From: Acidobacteriota bacterium
Lineage (GTDB): Bacteria; Acidobacteriota; Thermoanaerobaculia; Gp7-AA8
Length of the DNA: 64,000 bases
Assembly: GCA_019244185.1 (NCBI GenBank)
Contig: JAFATB010000025.1
Location: forward strand, 96,001 to 160,000
Direction: 5' to 3'
Part shown: positions 1 through 9,041 of the stretch, piece by piece
Numbering within the stretch: position 1 is the stretch's first letter
How the letters are laid out: every line of letters begins with the position of its first letter
Translations under genes and position numbers: made by a program
Notes under the pieces: generated by a model
Told to the model about the DNA's origin: nothing
What the model saw: the letters and a program-made list of their open reading frames with translations, nothing else
The model's database searches: none

Positions 1-776
1 TCGTACGCGCCGCGCGCGATGCCGACGGCGAGCGCGCCGATCGAGATGCGGCCGCCGTCGAGGACTTTCATCGAGTCGATGAAGCCGTAGCCGAGCTTGC
101 CGAGCACGTTCGCGTCGGGAACGCGGCAGTCTTCGAGCACGAGCTCCGCGGTGTCGGAGACGCGCATGCCGAGCTTGTTCTCTTTCTTGCCGGGACGGAT
201 GCCGTCGCGGTCCATCTCCACCGCGAACGCGGTGATGCCGTGCTTCTTGTCCTCGCGATCGGTGACCGCGAGCACGACCGCGATGTTCGCGTACGTCGCG
301 TTGGTGATGAAGTTCTTCGTGCCGTTGATCACCCACTCGTCGCCGTCTTTCACGGCAACCGTTCGCATGCCCGAGGCGTCGCTGCCGGAGCCGGGCTCGG
401 TGAGTCCCCACGCGCCGATCCATTCGCCGGACGTGAGCTTCGGCAGCCACTGCTTCTTCTGCTCTTCATTGCCGGCGAGGTAGATATGACCGGTGCACAG
501 GGAATTGTGCGCCGCCACGCTGAGCGCGAACCCGCTGTCGACGACGCCGAGCTCCTCGATGACGTTCACGTAGTCGACGTACGAGAGCCCCGCGCCGCCG
601 TATTGTTCCGGAATCGTGACACCGAGCATTCCGAGCTCGCCGGCGCGCTTGAACGTGTCGACGGGGAAATGCTGCGCCTCGTCCCACTCCGCGAGGTTCG
701 GTTTGATCTCGCTTTCCGCGAAATCACGCACCATTTGCTGGATCTGTAGCTGTTCCTCGGTGAGACGGAAATCCAT
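1..776 (-). CDS. Acyl-CoA dehydrogenase (5' part; runs off the left edge)
   Basis: Not in the ORF track; my translation from ATG 776 reads MDFRLTEEQLQIQQMVRDFA...GAWGLTEPGSGSDA...INGTKNFITN...KLGMRVSDTAEL...GRISIGA, canonical ACAD motifs; AGGAG RBS upstream. Confidence 0.95.
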   Translation of the reverse strand, partial: MDFRLTEEQLQIQQMVRDFAESEIKPNLAEWDEAQHFPVDTFKRAGELGMLGVTIPEQYGGAGLSYVDYVNVIEELGVVDSGFALSVAAHNSLCTGHIYLAGNEEQKKQWLPKLTSGEWIGAWGLTEPGSGSDASGMRTVAVKDGDEWVINGTKNFITNATYANIAVVLAVTDREDKKHGITAFAVEMDRDGIRPGKKENKLGMRVSDTAELVLEDCRVPDANVLGKLGYGFIDSMKVLDGGRISIGALAVGIARGAY

Positions 777-866
777 GTGCAGGCACTCCTCAGGGGTTTT
801 TGTTGCGATGCGACTTCGGTAAGCGGCGGCGGATTCTACACCGCCCGCGCATGGCAGAATGGTTTC

Positions 867-1400
867 GTGAGACCGCGCACGTTCCTGCTGTTCCTCCTCC
901 TCCCCACGCTGGCCTTCGCGCGCACGCGCACCGTCGTGCCTCCCCGACCGACGGCGCCGTTCCGCGCCGACTTCCTCGCCAACCTCGACGACGTGCAGTC
1001 GAAGATCGTCGAGCTCGCCGCGGCGATGCCGGAGGAGAAGTACAACTGGCGCCCCGGCCCCGGCGTGCGCTCCGTCAGCGAGGTGTTCATGCACATCGCA
1101 GGCGCGAATTACCTGCTCTCCACGTTCCTCGGCGTCGAGCCGCCCGCCGGACTCGACACCGATCTCGAGAAGCACGTCACGCGCAAAGCGGACGTGCTCG
1201 CACAACTCAAGAAATCGTTCGAGCACCTGCGCAATGCGACGGGCACCGTGACCGATCTCGAGACGCGCGTGAAGATGTTCGGCGAAACGACCACGCAGCG
1301 CGGCGTGATGATGACGATGCTCAGCCATCTCCACGAGCACCTCGGGCAGTCGATCGCCTACGCGCGCATGAACGGCGTCACGCCCCCCTGGAGTCGGTAG
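867..1400 (+). CDS. DinB-family protein with signal peptide
   Basis: RSVSEVFMHIA and HLHEHLGQSIAYARMNGVTPPW His motifs; GTG 867 followed by a hydrophobic signal peptide. Confidence 0.85.
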   Translation: MRPRTFLLFLLLPTLAFARTRTVVPPRPTAPFRADFLANLDDVQSKIVELAAAMPEEKYNWRPGPGVRSVSEVFMHIAGANYLLSTFLGVEPPAGLDTDLEKHVTRKADVLAQLKKSFEHLRNATGTVTDLETRVKMFGETTTQRGVMMTMLSHLHEHLGQSIAYARMNGVTPPWSR

Positions 1401-2010
1401 CCGCGCCGGTCGTCTCGTCTTTGATCGGCGTGCCCTTCGTCAGCGTCAGCGGCACCACGCCCGCCCACACCGGCAGCGCGTAGTCCTCGGCATCGTCGAT
1501 CGGTCCGCCGGTGCGGATCTTCGCCGATGCTTCCGCGATCGGCAGCGCGAGCACGAGCGTCTGCCGCAGCTCGCTCTCGTTCGGCCCGCGCACGAGCGCC
1601 GAGCGCCCCGGCACGACATGCTCGACGAGCCGGTCGAGCGCGCGCAGCTTCTCCTCGCGCTCGTCGACGAGACGCGCGCGTCCGAAGACGACGACCGAGC
1701 GGTAGTTCATCGAGTGATGAAACGCCGAGCGCGCGAGCACGAGGCCGTCGAGCAGCGTGACGGTGACGCACGCTTCGACGCCGTCGCGCAGCGTCCGCAA
1801 CATGCGGCTGGCGGCCGAGCCGTGGAAATAGAGCTCGTCGCCGTCGCGCCAGTGAATCGTGGGAATCACGACGGGCGCGCCGTCGACGACGAAGCCGACG
1901 TGGCAGATGAGCGCCTCGTCGAGGATCGCGTCGATGGTGGCGCGGTCGTACGCGCCGCGCTTCGGCAGGCGCTTCACGCGCGTGCGTTCGTTGACGAGCA
2001 GGTCGCTCAT
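1378..2010 (-). CDS. Pyridoxamine 5'-phosphate oxidase-like flavin-binding protein
   Basis: RGAYDRATIDAILDE, YFHGSAASRM, LARSAFHHSMNYRSVV, WAGVVP motifs. Confidence 0.9.
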   Translation of the reverse strand: MSDLLVNERTRVKRLPKRGAYDRATIDAILDEALICHVGFVVDGAPVVIPTIHWRDGDELYFHGSAASRMLRTLRDGVEACVTVTLLDGLVLARSAFHHSMNYRSVVVFGRARLVDEREEKLRALDRLVEHVVPGRSALVRGPNESELRQTLVLALPIAEASAKIRTGGPIDDAEDYALPVWAGVVPLTLTKGTPIKDETTGAATDSRGA

Positions 2011-2417
2011 TCGGTGATCCTTTCGTTCGGCGCGAGCGCCCAGGCGTTCGTCTTCTGCGTGAAGCCGACGTGCCCGTAGTAGTCCGCGGCGGCCGGCGCG
2101 GCCAGGAGCAGCACCGTGGCCTGCGGCGCCGCGGCCTGCGTGCGGCGCATCAGCTCCTTGCCGATGCCCTGCTTCTGATGCGAGACGCGCACGGCGAGGT
2201 CAGAGAGATACGTGTACCAGACCCAATCCGTGACCGAGCGCGAGATGCCGACGAGGAGGTCGCCATCCCACGCGGTGATGATGAGGTCCGCCTCGCGCAG
2301 CATGGTGGCGAAGCGCTCGTGGTCGTCGATGGGCCGCCGCTCGCCGAGGGTCGAGGCGACGTAGAGCTCGTGGGCGAGATCGTGGTCGAGGTCGGGCGTG
2401 ACTTTGTATTCGATCAT
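2007..2417 (-). CDS. GNAT N-acetyltransferase
   Basis: YLSDLAV..HQKQGIGKELM acetyl-CoA binding motif A; YYGHVGF; ATGA overlap with the downstream gene. Confidence 0.9.
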   Translation of the reverse strand: MIEYKVTPDLDHDLAHELYVASTLGERRPIDDHERFATMLREADLIITAWDGDLLVGISRSVTDWVWYTYLSDLAVRVSHQKQGIGKELMRRTQAAAPQATVLLLAAPAAADYYGHVGFTQKTNAWALAPNERITE

Positions 2418-2433
2418 TTTGTTCTAGTACAAT
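2404..2433 (+). promoter_or_regulatory. Putative sigma70 promoter with overlapping palindromic operator for the MocR regulator
   Basis: TTGTAT (2404-2409), 18 bp, TACAAT (2428-2433); imperfect palindrome TTGTtctagtACAA 2419-2432 in a 25-bp divergent gap. Confidence 0.55.
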
Positions 2434-2442
2434 CAGCGTCCT

Positions 2443-3753
2443 ATGCTGATACAAACCTACATCAGCGGCACGAGCACCGTCAACATCGCCGCGTCCGTCG
2501 AATCGGCGGTGGCGGCCGGACGCGCTCCGTCCGGCGCACAGCTCCCGCCGGTGCGCACCCTCGCCGCGCACCTCGGCGTCGCCCCGGCGACGGTCGCCGC
2601 GGCGTATCGCCTGCTGCAGGATCGCGGCGTCGTCGTCGCGGACGGACGCCGCGGCACGCGCGTCCGTCCTGCGCCGCCGATCTCGCTGCCGGCCGAAGCC
2701 CCGCTGCCGCCGGGCGTGCGCGACCTCGCGGAAGGGAATCCCGATCTCACGCTCCTCCCCGACCTCGCCGCGGCCATGCGCCGCGTGAAGGTGGAGCAGC
2801 GGCTGTACAGCGACGCCGATCTCAATGACCCCGATCTCCTCGCGCTGGCGCGCGAGCAGTTCCGCGCCGACCGCGTGCCGAACGAGCACGTGAGCGTGGT
2901 CTCCGGCGCGCTCGACGGCATCGAACGCGTCGCGCGCGAGCACCTCCGCCCCGGCGACCGCGTCGCCGTCGAGGATCCGTGCTTCACGGGCGTCCTCGAT
3001 CTGCTGCACGCGCAGTCGCTCGTCGCGGTCCCGGTTCCCGTCGACGACGAAGGGATGATCCCCGGCGAGCTGCGCCGCGCGCTCCGCTCCGCAAGCGCCG
3101 TGATCGTGACGCCGCGCGCGCAGAATCCCACCGGCGCCGCGCACTCCCCTCGCCGCGCGCGCGAGCTCCGCACGGTCCTCGCCGCGCGTCGCGACGTGCT
3201 CGTCATCGAAGACGACCACGCCGGCCCCGTCGCCGGCGCCAACTACATCACGCTCATCGACCGCCAACGCGAACGGTGGGCGGTCGTGCGCTCCGTCTCG
3301 AAGTCGCTCGGCCCCGACCTCCGCGTCGCGCTCCTCGCCTCCGACGCCCAAACACACGCGCGCGTCGAAGGCCGCCAGACCCTCGGCATCCGCTGGGTCA
3401 GCCACCTCCTGCAACGTCTCGTCGTCGCCGCCTCCCGCGACCGTACCCCGTCCCGCGCGAGCCGCGTCTACGCCGAGCGCCGCCACGCACTCCTCCGCGC
3501 ACTCGCTGCACACGGCATCGCCGCCCACGGCCGCTCCGGCCTCAATGTCTGGATCCCCGTCCCGGAAGAGCATACGGTCGTCCAAGCTCTCCTGCACGCC
3601 GGCTGGGGCGTCAAAGCCGGCGAACGCTATCGCCTGACCTCGCCCCCCGCCATCCGCGTCACGACCGCCACGCTCACCCCGCGCGACGCCCAACGCTTCG
3701 CCGACGACCTCGCGCGCGTTCTCGCGCCGAAACGTCGCACGACGGGGGTCTGA
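2443..3753 (+). CDS. MocR/GabR-family regulator (GntR wHTH + PLP aminotransferase-like domain)
   Basis: LPPVRTLAAHLGVAPATVAAAY HTH; AQNPTG, IEDDH, SVSKSLGPDLR (PLP lysine). Confidence 0.92.
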   Translation: MLIQTYISGTSTVNIAASVESAVAAGRAPSGAQLPPVRTLAAHLGVAPATVAAAYRLLQDRGVVVADGRRGTRVRPAPPISLPAEAPLPPGVRDLAEGNPDLTLLPDLAAAMRRVKVEQRLYSDADLNDPDLLALAREQFRADRVPNEHVSVVSGALDGIERVAREHLRPGDRVAVEDPCFTGVLDLLHAQSLVAVPVPVDDEGMIPGELRRALRSASAVIVTPRAQNPTGAAHSPRRARELRTVLAARRDVLVIEDDHAGPVAGANYITLIDRQRERWAVVRSVSKSLGPDLRVALLASDAQTHARVEGRQTLGIRWVSHLLQRLVVAASRDRTPSRASRVYAERRHALLRALAAHGIAAHGRSGLNVWIPVPEEHTVVQALLHAGWGVKAGERYRLTSPPAIRVTTATLTPRDAQRFADDLARVLAPKRRTTGV

Positions 3754-3756
3754 CGA

Positions 3757-3899
3757 GGAGCGCCTCCGGCGGGCCGGCGCGGCCGGCAGCGCTGAGGGCC
3801 TAGCCAGACGCACGTGCGGCTGCCCTGAATGGGGTTGATCGCGAACCTAAGCGCTGCCGGCCGTGCCGGCCCGCCGGAGGCGCTCCCGGTCGGTTCCCT
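3757..3899. repeat. Long palindromic repeat element, copy 1 (REP/MITE-like)
   Basis: 37-bp inverted arms 3757-3793 and 3850-3886 with one mismatch; closely matches the element at 5925-6102. Confidence 0.85.
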
Positions 3900-5883
3900 G
3901 TCGCGTGAACATGCCCGGCGTGTACGACGTGATCGTGCCGGTGAATGCGGAGGCGGCGACGGTGAGGGGCGAGGCGAGCCAGAGTTTGCCGGGGCCGCTG
4001 CGGCCTTTGTAGTTGCGGTTGATCGCGCTCACGGTCACCTGGTCGCCGGTCTCCGAGACGCCGGGGCCGCAGCCGATGCAGGCGCCGCAGCCGGGGTTGA
4101 GCACCTTCGCGCCGGCGCGTTCGAACGTGTCGACGAGGCCGTTGTCGCGCGCGAACGCTTCGACGGCGGCGGAGCCGAACTGGATGAAGAACTGCACGCC
4201 GTCGGCGACGCGCAGCCCCGCGTCGACCGCTTCCTTCGCGACCTGATGGTAGAAGAGGAAGTCGTCGATCTTGCCGGCGGTGCACGAGCCGGCGTAGGCG
4301 ATGTCGATGCGCACCTCGCCGATGTCGTCGATGCGCGCGCCGTTCGTCGGATCGCTCGGAATGCCCTCGTCGGGATCGCCGGGATGCGCGACCATCGGCT
4401 CGATCGTCGAGAGATCAATCACGTGCACGCCGCCCGCGTACTGCGCGTCGGGATCGGGCTGCACGGCGCGGGCGCGGAGCGCGTTGAGATCGACGCCGGG
4501 ACGCATCGCCGCGATCCACGCGAACGTCTGCTCGTCGGCTTCGACGATGGCCGTGCGCGCGGAGCATTCGGTGGCCATGTTCGCGAGCGTGGCGCGCTCG
4601 TCGAGGGAGAGACTGCGCAGGCCAGGACCGGTGAACTCCATGATGCGGTCGAGCGTCAGCTGCGGCTTCGCGTACTCGAGGAGGATGTGCAGCATCACGT
4701 CCTTCGCGGTGACGTTCGGCTGCAGCGCGCCGGTGAGCTCGAAGCGGATCGACTCGGAGACCTCGACGGTCGTGAAGCCGCCGTGCGCGAGGTTCGCGTA
4801 CTCCGTCGCGCCGACGCCCCACGCCAGCGCGTTGTTCACGCCGCCCATGCAGGTATGGCTGTCGGTGGCCTGGATGAAATCGCCCGGATCGATGAACGCC
4901 TCGCGCGCGACCTCGTGGCAAATGCCGGGCGAGATGTTGTTCGTCGCGGAGAAATCGCGGCAGCCGGTGTGGCGCTGGTAGTCGCGCTGCATGTCGCGCA
5001 GCGTCTGGATCTTGTCCATGAACGGCCGCATGCGCGGCACGTCGTCGGTGTAGATGAGGTGATCCTCGAAGACCGCGAACTTCTGCGGATTCACGATCGC
5101 GTAGTCGTCGCCGTATTCATCGCCGAGGAAGTAGTGGACCTGCGCGGTGGTGAACTCGTGCGTGTAGCCGCCGTCGACATCGACCACCACCGCATCGCCC
5201 GGCTTCACGTAGCGCTCATGCTCTTCGACGCCACGCATGTGCCGCGCGAGGATCTTCTCGCCCATGGTCATCGGACGCGCCTCGTTGTGCGGCACCGGCA
5301 ACGCGACTTCGCCTCGCGCCACCGCCTTCGAGAACGGGAACAGACCGCCCCATTCGATGATGAGCTTGGTGATCGGATCGTAGCCTTCGCAGAATTCCGC
5401 GAGCGCCACGCCCTCCCCCGCCTGCAGCCGCACGAGCATGTCGTGGTCGGCCATCAGCAGTCCCTGGTTGATGTTGTTCCCCGCGTGGATCGGCGCGAAC
5501 GACGCCGCCACGGCGATGCGAATGCCGCTGAACACTTCGCACTGCGTCGCGGTCTCGCGCGAACTGCCCACCCCTTTCCGATATCCCGAGACGATCACTT
5601 CAAAGTTGCCGTTGCGCAACGCGTCCGCCGGAACCAGCCGCTCGCCCTTGACGATGAGCCCCGCGTACGCGTTCCGCGCGATGTCTTCCGGTTTGTAGTC
5701 GAAGCAAACCCACGCCGGAGTCATGGCGTCCGTGTTGATGTCGTCGAGCAGGTCCTCGACGCGCAGGTCTTTCATCTGCAAGTCGAGCTCGCCGGCCAAT
5801 TGCCTGCGGATGAGCTCCGGGTCTTTCGTGAGGAACAACACGCGTTTGCCAGGCGTGAGCGTGACCATCTGAGGAGGTTTCAT
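3847..5883 (-). CDS. Aconitase-family dehydratase/isomerase; N-terminal swivel (LeuD-like) domain fused to C-terminal [4Fe-4S] (LeuC-like) domain
   Basis: INTDAMTP and GVGSSRE swivel motifs first; then FEDH, GICH, TDSHT, NMATE, AGSCTAG, PGCGAC, NRNYKGRSG, LASP. Confidence 0.9.
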   Translation of the reverse strand: MKPPQMVTLTPGKRVLFLTKDPELIRRQLAGELDLQMKDLRVEDLLDDINTDAMTPAWVCFDYKPEDIARNAYAGLIVKGERLVPADALRNGNFEVIVSGYRKGVGSSRETATQCEVFSGIRIAVAASFAPIHAGNNINQGLLMADHDMLVRLQAGEGVALAEFCEGYDPITKLIIEWGGLFPFSKAVARGEVALPVPHNEARPMTMGEKILARHMRGVEEHERYVKPGDAVVVDVDGGYTHEFTTAQVHYFLGDEYGDDYAIVNPQKFAVFEDHLIYTDDVPRMRPFMDKIQTLRDMQRDYQRHTGCRDFSATNNISPGICHEVAREAFIDPGDFIQATDSHTCMGGVNNALAWGVGATEYANLAHGGFTTVEVSESIRFELTGALQPNVTAKDVMLHILLEYAKPQLTLDRIMEFTGPGLRSLSLDERATLANMATECSARTAIVEADEQTFAWIAAMRPGVDLNALRARAVQPDPDAQYAGGVHVIDLSTIEPMVAHPGDPDEGIPSDPTNGARIDDIGEVRIDIAYAGSCTAGKIDDFLFYHQVAKEAVDAGLRVADGVQFFIQFGSAAVEAFARDNGLVDTFERAGAKVLNPGCGACIGCGPGVSETGDQVTVSAINRNYKGRSGPGKLWLASPLTVAASAFTGTITSYTPGMFTRQGTDRERLRRAGTAGSA

Positions 5884-5924
5884 CGCGCTCCTTTTAACAG
5901 ATTCGGCGCTCCGGCGATTGCACG

Positions 5925-6102
5925 AGGGAACCGACGAGAGCGCCTCCGGCGGGCCGGCGCGGCCGGCGGCGCTAAGGGCCTAGCCGCGACGCACGTGCGG
6001 TCGCGGTGAACGTCGTTGACTGCAGCCGCACGTGCGTACTGGCTAAGCCCTTAGCGCTGCCGGCCGCGCCGGCCCGCCGGAGGCGCTCCCGGTCGTCCCC
6101 CT
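5925..6102. repeat. Long palindromic repeat element, copy 2
   Basis: About 75-bp imperfect inverted arms (5925-6000 vs 6026-6102) with core GAGCGCCTCCGGCGGGCCGGCGCGGCCGGC. Confidence 0.85.
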
Positions 6103-6139
6103 TGCATCGTCAGAACGTCGATGCTAATGTATTAGCATC
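6102..6139 (+). promoter_or_regulatory. Sigma70 promoter plus palindromic BlaI-type operator
   Basis: TTGCAT (6102-6107), 17 bp, TAATGT (6125-6130) with extended TG; perfect palindrome GATGCTAAT-GT-ATTAGCATC 6120-6139 abuts ATG 6140. Confidence 0.8.
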
Positions 6140-6544
6140 ATGTCAATGAGCAAGCAGCAGGACTTGGGGCAGCTGGGGCGGCGGGAGCGGCAGATCATGG
6201 ACGTCATTCTCCGGCGCGGGCGGGCGACGGCGGCGGAGGTGCGGGAGGATCTGGACGATCCGCCGACGTACTCGTCGGTGCGCGGCATGTTGCGGCTGCT
6301 CGAGGAGAAAGGCTTCGTGCGGCATGAATGGGACGGACCGCGGTACGTCTATCTGCCGACGGCCGATCCGGAGCATGTGCGCAACTCCGCCGTGCGCCAT
6401 CTGCTCAACACCTTTTTCAGCAACTCCATCGAATCGGCGGTGGCGGCGATGCTCGGCGTGGCCGAGAAGCCGCCCTCGGAAGAAGAGTTGAAGCGGCTCG
6501 GCAAGTTGATCGAGCAGGCCGGCCGCAGGAGAACCCGCAAATGA
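6140..6544 (+). CDS. BlaI/MecI/CopY-family repressor
   Basis: LGRRERQIMDVI..ATAAEV..YSSVRGMLRLLEEKG..RYVY; adjacent M56 gene. Confidence 0.93.
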   Translation: MSMSKQQDLGQLGRRERQIMDVILRRGRATAAEVREDLDDPPTYSSVRGMLRLLEEKGFVRHEWDGPRYVYLPTADPEHVRNSAVRHLLNTFFSNSIESAVAAMLGVAEKPPSEEELKRLGKLIEQAGRRRTRK

Positions 6545-8925
6545 CGCTCTTTCTTGGCAAGCTCACGGTGCTCTTTCTGATCGGGATCGCGTGCGCGGCG
6601 CTGTTGCGCCGGCGTTCGGCGGCGGCACGCCACCTCGTGTGGGCGCTGACCCTCGGCGGCGCGGTCGTGCTGGCGATCGTCACGGCGACGGCGCCGGCGT
6701 TGCCAGTCGCGTTGCCGGACTGGCGTGCGGCGCGTGTCGAGGCGCCGATGGTCGTCACGACGCGGGCGGCGGTACCGGAGATCGTCGTACGTAACGAGAC
6801 AGCGCGCGAGGCCGCGCCGTTGCCGGCGGCGTCGCATTGGCCGTCGCCAGCGATGTGGCTCGTCGCGATCTGGCTCGCGGGTGCCGCGGCGATCGCGGTG
6901 TGGCTGCTCGCGGGACATCGCGCGGTTGGGCGCATCGCGCGTGAGGCCATCGTGGCGGACGATGAGGAATGGAACGCGCTCGTGAGTGACGCGCGCGCGC
7001 ACATCGGCGTCGCGCGGAACGTGCGCGTGCTCTTGAGCGCGGCGGTGGCGGCGCCGTTTACGTCCGGCTGGCGCGTGCCGCTCGTGTTCCTGCCGGCGGA
7101 TGCGGCGACGTGGCCGGCGGACCGGCGGCGCGCGGCGCTGTTGCACGAGCTCGCGCACATCGCGCGGAACGACTATCCGATTCTGCTCGCGGCGCGGCTC
7201 GCGTGCGCGCTGTACTGGTTCCATCCCGCGGCGTGGTTTGCGCTGCGCCGCTTGCGGCGCGAGTGTGAGCATGCGACGGACGACCGCGCGATCGCGCGCG
7301 GCATGTTCGCGAACGATTACGCGACGCATCTGCTCGACGTCGCGCGGGCCACGCGCACGCGCGGCTTCGCCAGCGTCGCCGCGGTCGGCATGGCCTGTCC
7401 GTCGCACCTCGAGACGCGGCTGCGCGCGCTGCTCGACGAAACGCGCCTGCGCGGCGGCGTCTCACGCGGACGCGTGACGGCGAGCATGGCCGCGGCCGTG
7501 CTGCTGCTCGTGCCGCTCGCCGCGGCGAAGCCCGAGCTGCGCGCGAGCGAGCGCGATGCATCGACGCCGACGAACATCGCGACGCCGACGCCGACCCACA
7601 CGAACACGCCGACGAACACCACCATCACCATCGCCAGCAATCGCGAATCGTCGCAATCGTCGCGCACCCGCACGAGCGCGCCGGCCGACTTCGAGCGTGT
7701 GCTCGACACCGCGCCGGGCGGCACGCTGATCCTCGAGCTCGAGACCGGCGGCAGCATCGACATCGTCGGCGACGACGACGCGCACGTCGACGTCCGCGCG
7801 CAGCTGCGCGGGCACGACGCGAACAATACCGTCGTCGATGCGGTGAAGGACGGCAACGACGTTCGCGTCACCGCCAAGTTCGCGGAGCAGCGCGGCCGCA
7901 TGTCCACCTCGCACGAGTTCGAGCTGCGCGTGCCGCGGCGCTACAACGTGCACATCTCGTCGAGCGGCGGCGAGATCCACATCGTCGACGTCGACGGCAC
8001 GTTCGAAGGCTCGACCGGCGGCGGCGACATCCGCCTCGAGCGGCTGCACGGACGCGCGCAACTGAGCACCGGCGGCGGCGACATCCACGTCGTCGACTCC
8101 GACCTCGCTGGCCGCACCTCCACCGGCGGCGGCGCCGTGCGCTTCCGCAACGTCACCGGCGGCCTGCGCGGCGCATCCGGCAGCGGCCAGGTGGACACCG
8201 GCAACGTCAGCGTCAACGGCAACTACACGACCGACGACAATGACAATGACACCGATCAGGACGACGACAGCGATGACGTCACCGTGACACCGGCCGTGCC
8301 GCCGGTGCCGCCCGTGCCGCCCGTCGCCGCGATCGCGGAGGTACGCGACACGCGGGAGCTCGTCAACCTCCGCTCGCCGCGCACCGAGTCGCGGGCGCGC
8401 CGCGCGAGAACGCCCGGCATGCTGCAGATCACAAAATCCGGCGGCGAGGTCGTCATCGACGAGGCGCCGCACGGCGCGGTCATCTCCACCGGCGGCGGAC
8501 GCATTCACGTCGGACGCGCCGCGGGCGACGTCGACGTCTCGACCGGCGGCGGGCGCATCGACGTCGGTCCCGTCGCGGGCTCGGTCGCGGCGTCGACCGG
8601 CGCCGGCAGCGTCGAGATCACGCTCGCCGATGCGAACGGCCAGACGCAGAGCGTCGACGTCGTGAGCGGTCACGGCCACATCGTGGTCGAGCTGCCCGCG
8701 GACTTCGACGGCCGCTTCGAGCTCGAGACCGCGTACACGGACGACGACGATCCCGCGCACATCGAAAGCGCGTGGCCGCTCGAGCGCGCGCCGGTGACCG
8801 CGTTCGACGCGCACGAGGGCACGCCGCGCCGCTACGTGCGCGCACGCGGCGTGGCGGGCAGCGGCCGCGGACTCGTGCGCATCCGCACGGTCAACGGCAA
8901 CGTCACGGTGCATCGCGCCCGGTAA
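6541..8925 (+). CDS. BlaR1-like M56 metallopeptidase with C-terminal DUF4097-like beta-repeat domains
   Basis: ATGA overlap with blaI-like gene; TM segments; LLHELAHIARND, YWFHP, ECEHATDD; repeated STGGGxI units. Confidence 0.9.
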   Translation: MTLFLGKLTVLFLIGIACAALLRRRSAAARHLVWALTLGGAVVLAIVTATAPALPVALPDWRAARVEAPMVVTTRAAVPEIVVRNETAREAAPLPAASHWPSPAMWLVAIWLAGAAAIAVWLLAGHRAVGRIAREAIVADDEEWNALVSDARAHIGVARNVRVLLSAAVAAPFTSGWRVPLVFLPADAATWPADRRRAALLHELAHIARNDYPILLAARLACALYWFHPAAWFALRRLRRECEHATDDRAIARGMFANDYATHLLDVARATRTRGFASVAAVGMACPSHLETRLRALLDETRLRGGVSRGRVTASMAAAVLLLVPLAAAKPELRASERDASTPTNIATPTPTHTNTPTNTTITIASNRESSQSSRTRTSAPADFERVLDTAPGGTLILELETGGSIDIVGDDDAHVDVRAQLRGHDANNTVVDAVKDGNDVRVTAKFAEQRGRMSTSHEFELRVPRRYNVHISSSGGEIHIVDVDGTFEGSTGGGDIRLERLHGRAQLSTGGGDIHVVDSDLAGRTSTGGGAVRFRNVTGGLRGASGSGQVDTGNVSVNGNYTTDDNDNDTDQDDDSDDVTVTPAVPPVPPVPPVAAIAEVRDTRELVNLRSPRTESRARRARTPGMLQITKSGGEVVIDEAPHGAVISTGGGRIHVGRAAGDVDVSTGGGRIDVGPVAGSVAASTGAGSVEITLADANGQTQSVDVVSGHGHIVVELPADFDGRFELETAYTDDDDPAHIESAWPLERAPVTAFDAHEGTPRRYVRARGVAGSGRGLVRIRTVNGNVTVHRAR

Positions 8926-9041
8926 TTGATCGTTCGCGGGACGCGAAAATCCCACAAGCGGACACTTTCCCGATCTTCCGAACGGTGCCGCGCGCGCACA
9001 ACGACAAGCGCGCGCGGCACTTACGTCAAACTGGCGCGTCG

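Noticed and set aside
3757-6102. Palindromic elements as IS ends or a composite transposon
   Set aside because: No transposase and no clear target-site duplication; kept only as a REP/MITE-like repeat
6140-8925. Beta-lactam resistance locus (bla/mec)
   Set aside because: Neither M56 protein has a penicillin-binding domain and no beta-lactamase is adjacent
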